This document shows, piece by piece, positions 39,715 to 48,243 of a stretch of 64,000 bases of DNA. The first letter of the stretch is position 1. Each line of letters opens with the position of its first letter. Source of the stretch: a virus; IMG/VR virus record IMGVR_UViG_3300036766_000416, positions 64,001 through 128,000 of that record. One strand, written 5' to 3'. Under the pieces are notes generated by a model. It had not been told where the DNA came from, did not search any database, and saw only the letters and a list, made by a program, of their open reading frames with translations. The position numbers were made by a program, and so were the translations under genes.

Positions 39715-39722
39715 CATAAATA
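39715..39722 (+). promoter_or_regulatory. T4-type late promoter (CATAAATA)
   Basis: Intergenic octamer upstream of gp22. Confidence 0.75.
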
Positions 39723-39745
39723 ACACTCACAAGGAGAATTTTTCA

Positions 39746-40834
39746 ATGAAAACTTACAAGAGTAACCTACTTGAGGCAGCGGCCGAGATATTGAAGGGAA
39801 GCCTTGCTTCTGCCCCTAAAGAAGAGATGCGTAAAGTCGAGGGAGAGGTTCAGGACCTTGGTGGCGACACACCGACTAAGCACAGTGACGAAAAACTCGA
39901 CGTTCATGCGAAAGAAGCAACACCTCCTGGCAAGCAGCCAGACTCCAGCACCAAAGCCCCAGCCCAAAAGCTTGCGGGTTCTGATGCTCCAGTCATTGAC
40001 CCCACTGATGAAGGTGACGCGAGTGACGAACAGGAAGAAATTGAAAGCCGCGTTCACGCAGGTTTGTCAAAGGGCGACTTGACCGAAGAGTGGAAGCAAT
40101 CCATCTCTGAGGACGTTGCTGCAATTCTCGCATCCGAAACAGGACTTCCCAAGGAATTCTCATCCAAGATTGGTACCATCTACGAAGCTCGCGTGACCGA
40201 CAAGATTCAGAGCATTGCAGAATCCATCGAAGCCGAATACGCTAAAAAGTTTGAAGCCGCTGTGATCGAAGTGCGCGACAACTTGACCGAGCAAGTCAAT
40301 GACTATCTCGATTATGTCGTCGAAGAGTGGATGACCCAGAATGAACTCGCTATCGAAAAGGGACTTCGTTCCGAATTGACTGAGGAATTCATTGGTGGAC
40401 TCCGCAACTTATTCCTCGAACATTATATCGACATTCCAGTTGAGAAAGTTGACCTCGTTGACGAACTCGCCACCAAGGTTGAGGAATTGACCGGATCACT
40501 GAACGAAGAAGTCGCCAAGAGTATCGAACTCAAGAAGCAGCTTGGCGAATCCAAGAAAACCGAAATTCTCCAAGGCGTCTGTGAAGGATTGACACAGACC
40601 CAAGTTGAGAAAGTTCGCTCACTCGCAGAGAGCGTCGAACTCACCGCAGAAGGTGATTACAAGGAGAAGTTGTCCACAATCCGAGAGAACTACTTTCCCG
40701 CAACAGCAGGAAAGAAGATCGATGCGAAAGTGTTGACCGAAGCTCAGGAACCATTGGCTGAAGATAAACCAAAGGCCTACGTTGAAGCTGGAGTCTCCGC
40801 AGTCGCAGCAGCATTGAGCCGAACGAACAAATAA
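39746..40834 (+). CDS. gp22: Prohead scaffold protein gp22
   Basis: Start set at ATG 39746 (AAGGAG SD). YLDYVVEEWM..NELAIE.GLR.E..EEFI.GL..LF.EHYIDIP and YKEKLSTIRENYF motifs. Confidence 0.92.
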   Translation: MKTYKSNLLEAAAEILKGSLASAPKEEMRKVEGEVQDLGGDTPTKHSDEKLDVHAKEATPPGKQPDSSTKAPAQKLAGSDAPVIDPTDEGDASDEQEEIESRVHAGLSKGDLTEEWKQSISEDVAAILASETGLPKEFSSKIGTIYEARVTDKIQSIAESIEAEYAKKFEAAVIEVRDNLTEQVNDYLDYVVEEWMTQNELAIEKGLRSELTEEFIGGLRNLFLEHYIDIPVEKVDLVDELATKVEELTGSLNEEVAKSIELKKQLGESKKTEILQGVCEGLTQTQVEKVRSLAESVELTAEGDYKEKLSTIRENYFPATAGKKIDAKVLTEAQEPLAEDKPKAYVEAGVSAVAAALSRTNK

Positions 40835-40859
40835 GATCACCTTCACAAGGAGTATGACC

Positions 40860-42200
40860 ATGTTTTTATCAGAGAACCTAGAGAAAAAGTGGGCAGCCGT
40901 CCTCGACCACGAGGGTTTGCCTAAGATCACTGACAAGTACCGACGCGCGGTCACCGCAGTCGTACTGGAGAATATGGAAGTCGCCCTCAAGGCGGAATCC
41001 AGAATGCTCAACGAAGCAGCCCCAATCAACGCAACAGGCGGTGGTTTGACGGGTGCAGCGACCGCAACGGGACCGATGGCGGGATATGACCCCATCCTCA
41101 TCTCGTTGGTTCGTCGTTCACTCCCCAACCTCATTGCTTACGACGTATGCGGTGTTCAGCCGATGACCGGTCCTACTGGACTGATCTTCGCTATGCGTAC
41201 CGTCTATGCCAACGCGGCACTGGGTCGTTTGGATGAAGCATTCTACAACGAAGCCAACACAGGTTGGTCTGGTGCACAAGCAGCTCAGACAGCCTTGACA
41301 CTCACTGCCTCGGGTAACACCGCGGTGGTTTTTCAGACACCAGTGAATCCTGGAGTGGGTATGTCTACGGCCGCAGCGGAAGGTTTGGGTGCCTCGGGTA
41401 ACAACGCATTCCAAGAAATGGCCTTCTCAATCGAGAAAGTCACCGTCACAGCAGTCACCCGTGCATTGAAGGCTGAATACAGTCTTGAACTCGCACAGGA
41501 CTTGAAGGCTGTTCACGGATTGGATGCAGAGACCGAGTTGTCGAACATCCTCTCAGCCGAAGTGCTCTCAGAAATCAACCGCGAAGTCATTCGCTCCATC
41601 TACTCGATTGCTCGCGTGGGATGCCAAGTGGGTACCACCGCAGTCGGAACCTTCGACCTCGACACTGACTCCAACGGACGTTGGATGGTGGAAAAGATCA
41701 AGGGCTTGGGCTTCCAGCTTGAGCGTGAAGCGAACACCATCGCCAAGACGACTCGTCGTGGCAAGGGCAACGTGGTCATCTGCTCGTCAGATGTCGCGTC
41801 AGCGTTTGCTATCGCCGGATTGCTTGACTACGCAAGTGCCTTAGCAGGCAATGTGAACCTCAATGTTGACGACACAGGCAACACCTACGCAGGTATGCTC
41901 TTGGGTCGCTTCAAGGTCTACATTGACCCCTACTTCCCAGTGTCACAGTCACAGGAGTTTGTGGTTGTCGGATACAAGGGATCGAACGCCTATGACGCAG
42001 GACTGTTCTACTGCCCATACGTTCCTCTCCAGATGGTCCGTGCCATTGACACCAACACCTTCCAGCCGAAAATCGGATTCAAAACCCGCTACGGCATCGT
42101 TGCGAACCCATTCGCTGAAGGTTTGACCCAGGGATCAGGTGCCTTGACGGTGCGCTCGAATAATTATTATCGCAGTTTTAAGATCGCTAATATTGCCTAA
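40860..42200 (+). CDS. gp23: Major capsid protein gp23
   Basis: DPILISLVRRSLPNLIAYDVCGVQPMTGPTGLIFAMR, RALKAEYSLELAQDLKAVHGLDAE.EL.NIL, FYCPYVPLQM, FQPKIGFKTRYG; SD spacing favours ATG 40860. Confidence 0.98.
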   Translation: MFLSENLEKKWAAVLDHEGLPKITDKYRRAVTAVVLENMEVALKAESRMLNEAAPINATGGGLTGAATATGPMAGYDPILISLVRRSLPNLIAYDVCGVQPMTGPTGLIFAMRTVYANAALGRLDEAFYNEANTGWSGAQAAQTALTLTASGNTAVVFQTPVNPGVGMSTAAAEGLGASGNNAFQEMAFSIEKVTVTAVTRALKAEYSLELAQDLKAVHGLDAETELSNILSAEVLSEINREVIRSIYSIARVGCQVGTTAVGTFDLDTDSNGRWMVEKIKGLGFQLEREANTIAKTTRRGKGNVVICSSDVASAFAIAGLLDYASALAGNVNLNVDDTGNTYAGMLLGRFKVYIDPYFPVSQSQEFVVVGYKGSNAYDAGLFYCPYVPLQMVRAIDTNTFQPKIGFKTRYGIVANPFAEGLTQGSGALTVRSNNYYRSFKIANIA

Positions 42201-42250
42201 TCGCCAATATTGTGTAATTGAAACTACGTAGGCTCGTGACAGACAGGATT

Positions 42251-42282
42251 GGGGGTTCCGAAAGGGACCCCCTTTCTTTTTC
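42251..42282 (+). terminator. Intrinsic terminator after gp23
   Basis: GGGGGTTCC-GAAA-GGGACCCCC hairpin followed by TTTCTTTTT. Confidence 0.85.
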
Positions 42283-42284
42283 TC

Positions 42285-42313
42285 TTGACATTCCCTACAA
42301 ACTCCTGTATAAT
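42285..42313 (+). promoter_or_regulatory. Sigma70-type promoter (perfect consensus)
   Basis: TTGACA (42285-90), 17-nt spacer, TATAAT (42308-13). Confidence 0.85.
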
Positions 42314-42318
42314 GAACT

Positions 42319-42510
42319 ATGCTTACTGACACCACCAACAGCTACGGGGTCATCTACACGATCACCAACCTTGTCAATCACAAGGTCTATGTGGGTCAAA
42401 CCAAGACCCCCAAGCTTCGCTATAGACAACACCTCCAAGAGCGATCCAATCGCCCGGTCGCATCACAAAGGCTATTCTTGCAGGAGGTCTTGACAATCCC
42501 TCCTAAATAG
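42319..42510 (+). pseudogene. Truncated GIY-YIG endonuclease remnant (63 aa)
   Basis: GVIYTITNLVNHKVYVGQT...RYRQH is present, but the ORF stops before the catalytic Glu/YN segment and any DNA-binding domain. Confidence 0.7.
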
Positions 42511-42519
42511 TGCTATCAT
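42490..42519 (+). promoter_or_regulatory. Sigma70-type promoter with an embedded late-like CTAAATA
   Basis: TTGACA (42490-95), 18-nt spacer, TATCAT (42514-19); CTAAATA at 42503-42509 lies in the spacer. Confidence 0.5.
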
Positions 42520-42591
42520 GTATCACTCAGGTCTCAAAGGTCGCCTGTAGACCCTCTGTGTTCGTTCTGGGGGTATCCCTGAAGGAGTTTC

Positions 42592-42831
42592 ATGGTTCTT
42601 CATTTCTTTCTCTGGCTCGCATTGATTCCCATTGGTTTTGGGGCAGTTTCTACAAGCAAAATGGAGCATCACCTCGTCAACCAGTTTGGCCCAGATTATG
42701 AGACAATGGAAGAGTGTGAATTGGAAGCCTCAAGAATTCTCCGTGAGATGCAACTTTCGTACCCAGATGATAAGACCATGTATACCTACTGCACTGATAC
42801 CAAGAAACCAATCATGAAGGAGAATCTATAA
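42592..42831 (+). CDS. Small membrane-anchored/exported protein
   Basis: AGGAG SD; hydrophobic N-terminus (VLHFFLWLALIPIGFGAV); YETMEEC ... YTYC. Confidence 0.5.
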   Translation: MVLHFFLWLALIPIGFGAVSTSKMEHHLVNQFGPDYETMEECELEASRILREMQLSYPDDKTMYTYCTDTKKPIMKENL

Positions 42832-42832
42832 T

Positions 42833-43366
42833 ATGTCGCTACCCAGCATACCCCACACCCCGGCCAACCCGAACCTGATGCACCCCAACAAGTTCGTGGT
42901 GACCTTTGTGTCGCTACCGAACGTCGAATACTGGGTACAGTCAGCGAACCTTCCGGGTCTCTCACTGGGGGAAGCACCTCGACAGACCCCGTTCATTGAC
43001 CTTTATTCACCCGGTGACAAGTTGATCATCAACCCCTTTTCGTTTACCTTCCTGGTTGACGAGGACCTCTTTGGTTGGAAAGAAATCTATACCTGGATGC
43101 GCGGCATGACATTCCCCAAAGACTTTACCGAGTACCGTGACCTCAACAAACGACCAGGTACCTTTGGGGCCGTGATGCCACAATTCTCTGATGCCACATT
43201 GACGATCCTGGACTCCAAGCAGAACCCACAGATTCGTGTCAAATATTTTAATTGCTTTCCCATCACCCTTACCGACCTGCTGTTCTCAGCGACCTCAACA
43301 CCCGATGACCCCGTGACGGCTGATTGTACCGTACGTTTCGATTTGTACGAAATTGAGAATTGTTGA
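42833..43366 (+). CDS. gp3: Tail completion / sheath stabilizer protein (gp3-like)
   Basis: N...PNKF......PNVEYW.QS.NLPG.SLG...PGDKL...F...FLVDEDL..W.EIY.W...DATL.IL.S.....FP..L..L.F; canonical position before uvsY. Confidence 0.8.
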   Translation: MSLPSIPHTPANPNLMHPNKFVVTFVSLPNVEYWVQSANLPGLSLGEAPRQTPFIDLYSPGDKLIINPFSFTFLVDEDLFGWKEIYTWMRGMTFPKDFTEYRDLNKRPGTFGAVMPQFSDATLTILDSKQNPQIRVKYFNCFPITLTDLLFSATSTPDDPVTADCTVRFDLYEIENC

Positions 43367-43992
43367 TGTATATTATTTACCAAATGATCAATACAATCAA
43401 CTCAAAAGACTACATAGGGTTTACCACCACGTCTGTTGAAGAACGATGGAGTCAACACAAATCATCGGCAAAACACGGCGCCAGAAACCACTTTCATGAT
43501 GCAATTAAGAAACATGGGCCCGATGTATGGATGCACAGAATCTTATGTTGGGGCGAAGACCACGATTCTGGCCTAAGGATTGCTGAACCTTTGATGATAG
43601 AAATTTTCAAACCTAAATATAACGAAACTAAAGGTGGTGAGGGGGTGCTTGGCTACAAACCATCTCCAGAAGCCAACGCCGAGCGTTCCGCTCGCATGAC
43701 GGGAATAACTAAGGGTCCCTATTCACCAGAACACTGCCAGCGTATTTCCGAGTCATTACGGGGTAACAAGAATTGTCAGGGCAAGAAGAATGCCATGGGG
43801 CACCGCTGGTCTATTGGGCAAAAAGCAAAAAAGTCTCACAAATGGGAAATCATATCTCCCACTGGAGAAATATCACAAATTGTCAATCTAAGAGAATTCT
43901 GCCGCAATAACGGTTTGAACAACGGTCACATGGTCCAAGTGGCCAAAGGTCGTGTAACTCACCATAAACAATGGACTTGCCGAAAAATTTAG
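43366..43992 (+). CDS. GIY-YIG homing endonuclease
   Basis: YIIYQMIN..NSKDYIGFT, AEP.MI...KPKYN, NUMOD3-like SPEHCQRIS, C-terminal SPTG...NLREFCR...L...HM; TGATG overlap with gp3. Confidence 0.85.
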   Translation: MYIIYQMINTINSKDYIGFTTTSVEERWSQHKSSAKHGARNHFHDAIKKHGPDVWMHRILCWGEDHDSGLRIAEPLMIEIFKPKYNETKGGEGVLGYKPSPEANAERSARMTGITKGPYSPEHCQRISESLRGNKNCQGKKNAMGHRWSIGQKAKKSHKWEIISPTGEISQIVNLREFCRNNGLNNGHMVQVAKGRVTHHKQWTCRKI

Positions 43993-44021
43993 TTGACAAC
44001 CCTCTGATACTCTGTTATAAT
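43993..44021 (+). promoter_or_regulatory. Sigma70-type promoter of uvsY
   Basis: TTGACA (43993-98), 17-nt spacer, extended TGT-TATAAT (44016-21). Confidence 0.85.
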
Positions 44022-44028
44022 ACTCGTC

Positions 44029-44493
44029 ATGATCCTCGACACTTCTCACCCATCAACTGCCCAGGTCGACGCACTCTTGACTGAGTGGCAAAAAGACTCG
44101 GCCCTTAATCGCCTGGAGCCATCTGCGGAACTCCAAAAAATAGGTTCTCTACACTCCAAATATCTATTGATCCTTAGTGCCCACAGACGAACCTTCCAAG
44201 AGGGAGAACGAAGGGTGTTCAAACTTAGGCGACTCAAATATGAATATTACTCAGGACGACTCGATAAAGACACCTTGGACAAATATGGGTGGCCACCATT
44301 CCCATATACACTCAAGGGTGACCTCAACACTTATCTCGATTCCGACAAAGATTTACTAAACGCAAAAATAGTTCAAAACATCCACGAAGAAATCGTGGAC
44401 ATTTGTGAGAGAATTCTCAAGGAACTAGGGTCAAGAACATTCGCTCTCCGCGACATCATAAAATGGGAAATGTTTATACAGGGTACCCACTGA
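44029..44493 (+). CDS. uvsY: Recombination mediator UvsY
   Basis: W.KDS......L..E...I..LHSKYL...K.EYYSG....Y...PF...LK.D...YLDSD; adjacent to uvsW. Confidence 0.85.
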   Translation: MILDTSHPSTAQVDALLTEWQKDSALNRLEPSAELQKIGSLHSKYLLILSAHRRTFQEGERRVFKLRRLKYEYYSGRLDKDTLDKYGWPPFPYTLKGDLNTYLDSDKDLLNAKIVQNIHEEIVDICERILKELGSRTFALRDIIKWEMFIQGTH

Positions 44494-45971
44494 TGGAACA
44501 GATCACCCTTACCAAATTCAACGAGGCCTTTGTCAAGTTTGACTGTGAACGAGGTGTGGGGCAGGAAATTTGGGACTTCTTTTCATTCTATGTACCTGGG
44601 TTTCAATACATGCCCGCGTTCAAGAAGAAATTTTGGGACGGCAAGATGCACCTGGCAAACCTCCAGACACACACAATCCCAGGTGGTCTGGTAGGATACC
44701 TCAAGACATTCGCCGAGGAACGACAGTATCGCCTGGTCATTGACGAATCCATCTTACTGACCACAAGCTTTTCGTTAGCGGAGGCACAAGCATTCGCGGA
44801 TTCTTTGAGACTACCTCATGTGCCCAGAGATTATCAGATCGAAGCCTTTGCGAAGAGTATTCGAAATCGTCGGTTACTCGTGGTCAGTCCAACGGCATCG
44901 GGCAAATCGTTGATCATCTATCTAATCGTTCGGCACCTCCACCTCACACACCTCAAAGGTTTGGTGATTGTCCCGACGACCTCACTGGTCGAACAACTGT
45001 TTGGTGACTTCAAGGCCTATGGGTGGGACTCTGACAGGTATGTGCATCGCATTTATTCGGGAAAAGAGAAACACACGAATCATTTTTTGACGATTTCAAC
45101 ATGGCAATCACTACACCGACAAGGACCCGAGTACCTCAAGCAATTTAATTTTGTGGTCGGTGACGAAGCGCACCAGTTCAAAGCGAAATCTTTGACAGAC
45201 ATCATGGGGAACCTCACGAATGCTGACGTCCGAATCGGCACCACAGGTACACTGGATGGCGCCAAGGTCCATAAGCTGGTCCTCGAAGGTCACTTTGGTC
45301 CAGTATTTCAAACAGTAACCACCAAAGAACTGATGACCTCTGGACACCTCGCAAACCTCACGATCAAGTGTCTGGTACTCAAGTACCCCAAAGAGGTCTG
45401 CGCTCAACTACGAAAGTCCACGTACCCCGAAGAGTATGAGGCCGTTGTCCAGCACCTAGCGCGAGCAAAGTTTGTTCGAAACCTTGCGTTATCATTGAAA
45501 GGAAACACCCTGATTCTCTTTCAACTCGTCAAGAAACATGGGCGTCCCCTCTATGAGGACATTGCAAGTCACATAGTAGACGGTCGCTCGGCGTTTTTTG
45601 TTCATGGTGGTGTGGAAACCGAGGACCGTGAATCAATTCGTAAGATCACTGAGGAGGGTGAGAACGTCATTGTGGTCGCTTCCTATGGGACCTTTAGCAC
45701 GGGTATCAACATCAAGAATCTCCATAACGTGATCTTTGCTGCGCCGTCCAAGTCCAAGATTCGGAACCTTCAATCTATTGGTCGAGGTCTTCGCACAACA
45801 GACAGCAAGACTCAAGCGACGTTGTTTGACATTGTGGACGACCTTCGCATCGGGAAACACCAGAACTTCTTGCTCAAACATTTTATAATACGCACACAGA
45901 TTTACCATGATGAGAAATTCTCATTTCAACAATACCTGATCGACCTGAAGGGACCTGATGCCACACGATAA
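44493..45971 (+). CDS. uvsW: DNA helicase UvsW
   Basis: PRDYQ, SPTASGKS, VIVPTTSLVEQ, GDEAH, GTTGTL, SYGTFSTGINIKNLHNVIFA.PSKS.IR.LQSIGRGLR; TGATG coupling to uvsY. Confidence 0.96.
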   Translation: MEQITLTKFNEAFVKFDCERGVGQEIWDFFSFYVPGFQYMPAFKKKFWDGKMHLANLQTHTIPGGLVGYLKTFAEERQYRLVIDESILLTTSFSLAEAQAFADSLRLPHVPRDYQIEAFAKSIRNRRLLVVSPTASGKSLIIYLIVRHLHLTHLKGLVIVPTTSLVEQLFGDFKAYGWDSDRYVHRIYSGKEKHTNHFLTISTWQSLHRQGPEYLKQFNFVVGDEAHQFKAKSLTDIMGNLTNADVRIGTTGTLDGAKVHKLVLEGHFGPVFQTVTTKELMTSGHLANLTIKCLVLKYPKEVCAQLRKSTYPEEYEAVVQHLARAKFVRNLALSLKGNTLILFQLVKKHGRPLYEDIASHIVDGRSAFFVHGGVETEDRESIRKITEEGENVIVVASYGTFSTGINIKNLHNVIFAAPSKSKIRNLQSIGRGLRTTDSKTQATLFDIVDDLRIGKHQNFLLKHFIIRTQIYHDEKFSFQQYLIDLKGPDATR

Positions 45972-46419
45972 CATTCGTATGTTTTTGCTGACCAACAACG
46001 ACCTGGTCATTGCTGACGTGTTCGACACCAGTACCGACACCGTAAACCTTAACATGCCGGCTGTGGTCCTCTCCAATCGCATACCACAAGGTGACCTAGG
46101 GTTTATCATTCTGCCCTGGCAGCCCTTTGAATTGCTGGACAGCACCATCATGGTCCTGTCACGAACCAAGAATGTTTTCTGTGACCTACTACCCAGTCCA
46201 GGATTGATAGAATACTACCGGTCCTGGAAGCACAATGAAGAGGATAAGCGCAACAAATTCTCAAAACGTCTTGCTGAACAACTCCAGCAGATCACCAAGC
46301 TCACCAACATGAGGCACCATGAGATGGTCGCGGGTGATAGCTACGAGGATTTTACGGCTGCTGTCAATGAGAAATTTGAACACGACACCGAGTGGGGCGA
46401 TCCGTCAGCTAACAACTAA
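45958..46419 (+). CDS. Conserved T4-like hypothetical protein (between uvsW and gp55)
   Basis: L.N.DLVIA...L..P.....PW.PF pattern; syntenic position. Confidence 0.55.
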   Translation: MPHDNIRMFLLTNNDLVIADVFDTSTDTVNLNMPAVVLSNRIPQGDLGFIILPWQPFELLDSTIMVLSRTKNVFCDLLPSPGLIEYYRSWKHNEEDKRNKFSKRLAEQLQQITKLTNMRHHEMVAGDSYEDFTAAVNEKFEHDTEWGDPSANN

Positions 46420-46435
46420 TGACTGGAATCACATT

Positions 46436-46999
46436 ATGGCGACGAAAACAACTGAGTATGTCAATAATGCCACGCTTTTGCAGGAATTGGTGGCCCACAG
46501 AAAGGCTATACGGAAGGCCAAGAGGAATAAGCAAGAACCTCCGTTGCTCAATGACTACATTGGCACCTGCTTTCTCAAGATTGCGGACCACATGTCACGC
46601 AAACCCAGGTTTCTCTATTACAGTTTTCGCCAAGATATGATTTCAGAAGCCGTGGAATTGTGTGTGCGCTATGTGAATAATTTTGACCCAGCGAAGTCCA
46701 AGAACCCGTTTGCGTATTTTACCCAGATCACGTACCATGCGTTTTTCCATCGGATCAACAAAGAGCGCAAGCAACTCTACCTGAGGTACAAATCGACAGA
46801 ATTGTTGGGGTTACTCCAGGGCACCGCGCTCCACGATACCAAAGACCTTGGTATCGAACGTGCCAAGTCCTTCAAGGTCTATGAGAACATCAGCGATTTT
46901 ATTCAGACCTTTGAACAAAGTCGGAAGCAGAAAAAACGACGCAAAATTGTGAAGCCCACAACACGCGGTACCCTGAAGCATTTTATAGGAGATAAATAG
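46436..46999 (+). CDS. gp55: Late transcription sigma factor gp55
   Basis: YVNN..LL...YIGTCFLKIA..SRKPRF..YSFRQDMISEA...NFDPAKSKNPFAYFTQI.YHAF..RI.KE; start at ATG 46436. Confidence 0.93.
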   Translation: MATKTTEYVNNATLLQELVAHRKAIRKAKRNKQEPPLLNDYIGTCFLKIADHMSRKPRFLYYSFRQDMISEAVELCVRYVNNFDPAKSKNPFAYFTQITYHAFFHRINKERKQLYLRYKSTELLGLLQGTALHDTKDLGIERAKSFKVYENISDFIQTFEQSRKQKKRRKIVKPTTRGTLKHFIGDK

Positions 47000-47170
47000 G
47001 TGGCACTGAAACCAGAATTACAGAACCCAAAGCGGTCACAATTTGACCCCACTGAATCAGAGGCAAGACTGGCTTCCATTGAACAGACACTCGCAGATCA
47101 TGAACAACGTCTAGCAGTTGTCGAATCTTTTGTCTGGCGATTATTGAAACCTACACGGAGAACGGAATGA
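47000..47170 (+). CDS. Small coiled-coil hypothetical protein (56 aa, not in the ORF track)
   Basis: AGGAG SD 8 nt before GTG 47000; reads MALKPELQNPKRSQFDPTESEARLASIEQTLADHEQRLAVVESFVWRLLKPTRRTE*; stop overlaps the gp47 ATG (ATGA). Confidence 0.6.
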   Translation: MALKPELQNPKRSQFDPTESEARLASIEQTLADHEQRLAVVESFVWRLLKPTRRTE

Positions 47171-48243
47171 AAATCGCATTGATCAATGACAGCCACTTCG
47201 GTGCGCGGGGCGAGAACCCTCACATCAACGAATATTTTCACCGGTTTTATCAGAACATCCTATTCCCATACCTCAAGGAACACGACATCAAAACCTTGGT
47301 CCATCTGGGTGATGTGGTAGACCGTAGAAAATTTATCAATTTTCAAATTTGGAACTCTTGGCGCACACGGGTCTTTGATCGTTTGCGGCGTGAAGGCATC
47401 ACGGTCCACATGCTCACGGGCAACCATGACACCTATTTTCGCAACACGAACGATGTCAACGCACTGGATGAACTCCTGGGTGGCTACACCAACATCAAAA
47501 TTTATACCGAAGCTTGCGACGTGGTCTTCGATGGTCTCACAGTTACGATGGTGCCCTGGATCAACAGTGGGAACCTTGAACGGACCTTGGACTACCTCAA
47601 GCACACCACATCTCAGATCATCTTTGGACACCTGGAAATTTCAGGGTTTGAAATGGACCGTGGCAACGTCTGCCAGACTGGGTTGACCAGAGAGGTGTTT
47701 GACAAGTTTGATATGGTCCTTAGTGGACACTTCCATCACAAGTCCAGCGATGGTACCATTTATTACCTGGGCAACCAAGTGGAGATTACCTGGGCAGACT
47801 ATGGCGACAAGCGAGGGTTCCATGTGTTCGATACGGATACTCGTGACCTGACGTTCATCGAGAACCCCGATCACCTGTTCTATCGGCTGACCTACGATGA
47901 CAGTATCCAGAATTTTGAGTATTGGAAGCACCAAGACTTCAGTGCCTATGCGAACTCGTATGTCAAGATGGTGGTCACACGCAAGCAGAACCCCTATCTA
48001 TTCGATACGGTCATGGACCAACTCTACAAGGTCACCCCCATCGACGTCACCGTTGTTGAGGACTACACCGAACAGGTGATTGGCGAACAGCACGAACTTG
48101 ACCAAGCAGAAGACACAATCACCATCATTCAGAAATGTGTGGACACCATGAAACTCGAAAACCATGTGCAACCAGCGGCCCTCAAGCAATTGCTCCAAGA
48201 ACTGTACGTCGAGGCCCTGAACACAGAAACGGCAATCCAATGA
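47167..48243 (+). CDS. gp47: Recombination endonuclease subunit gp47 (Mre11/SbcD-like)
   Basis: LINDSHFG, HLGDVVDRRK, TGNHD, FGHLE, SGHFH metallophosphoesterase motifs. Confidence 0.95.
   Translation: MKIALINDSHFGARGENPHINEYFHRFYQNILFPYLKEHDIKTLVHLGDVVDRRKFINFQIWNSWRTRVFDRLRREGITVHMLTGNHDTYFRNTNDVNALDELLGGYTNIKIYTEACDVVFDGLTVTMVPWINSGNLERTLDYLKHTTSQIIFGHLEISGFEMDRGNVCQTGLTREVFDKFDMVLSGHFHHKSSDGTIYYLGNQVEITWADYGDKRGFHVFDTDTRDLTFIENPDHLFYRLTYDDSIQNFEYWKHQDFSAYANSYVKMVVTRKQNPYLFDTVMDQLYKVTPIDVTVVEDYTEQVIGEQHELDQAEDTITIIQKCVDTMKLENHVQPAALKQLLQELYVEALNTETAIQ

Noticed and set aside
39428-39745. N-terminal extension of gp22 in the ORF track
   Set aside because: Overlaps gp21 and spans the late promoter; the SD supports ATG 39746.
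46991-46998. GATAAATA as a late promoter
   Set aside because: Formed by the last codons and stop of gp55 (GAT AAA TAG), differs from the CATAAATA consensus, and precedes non-late genes.
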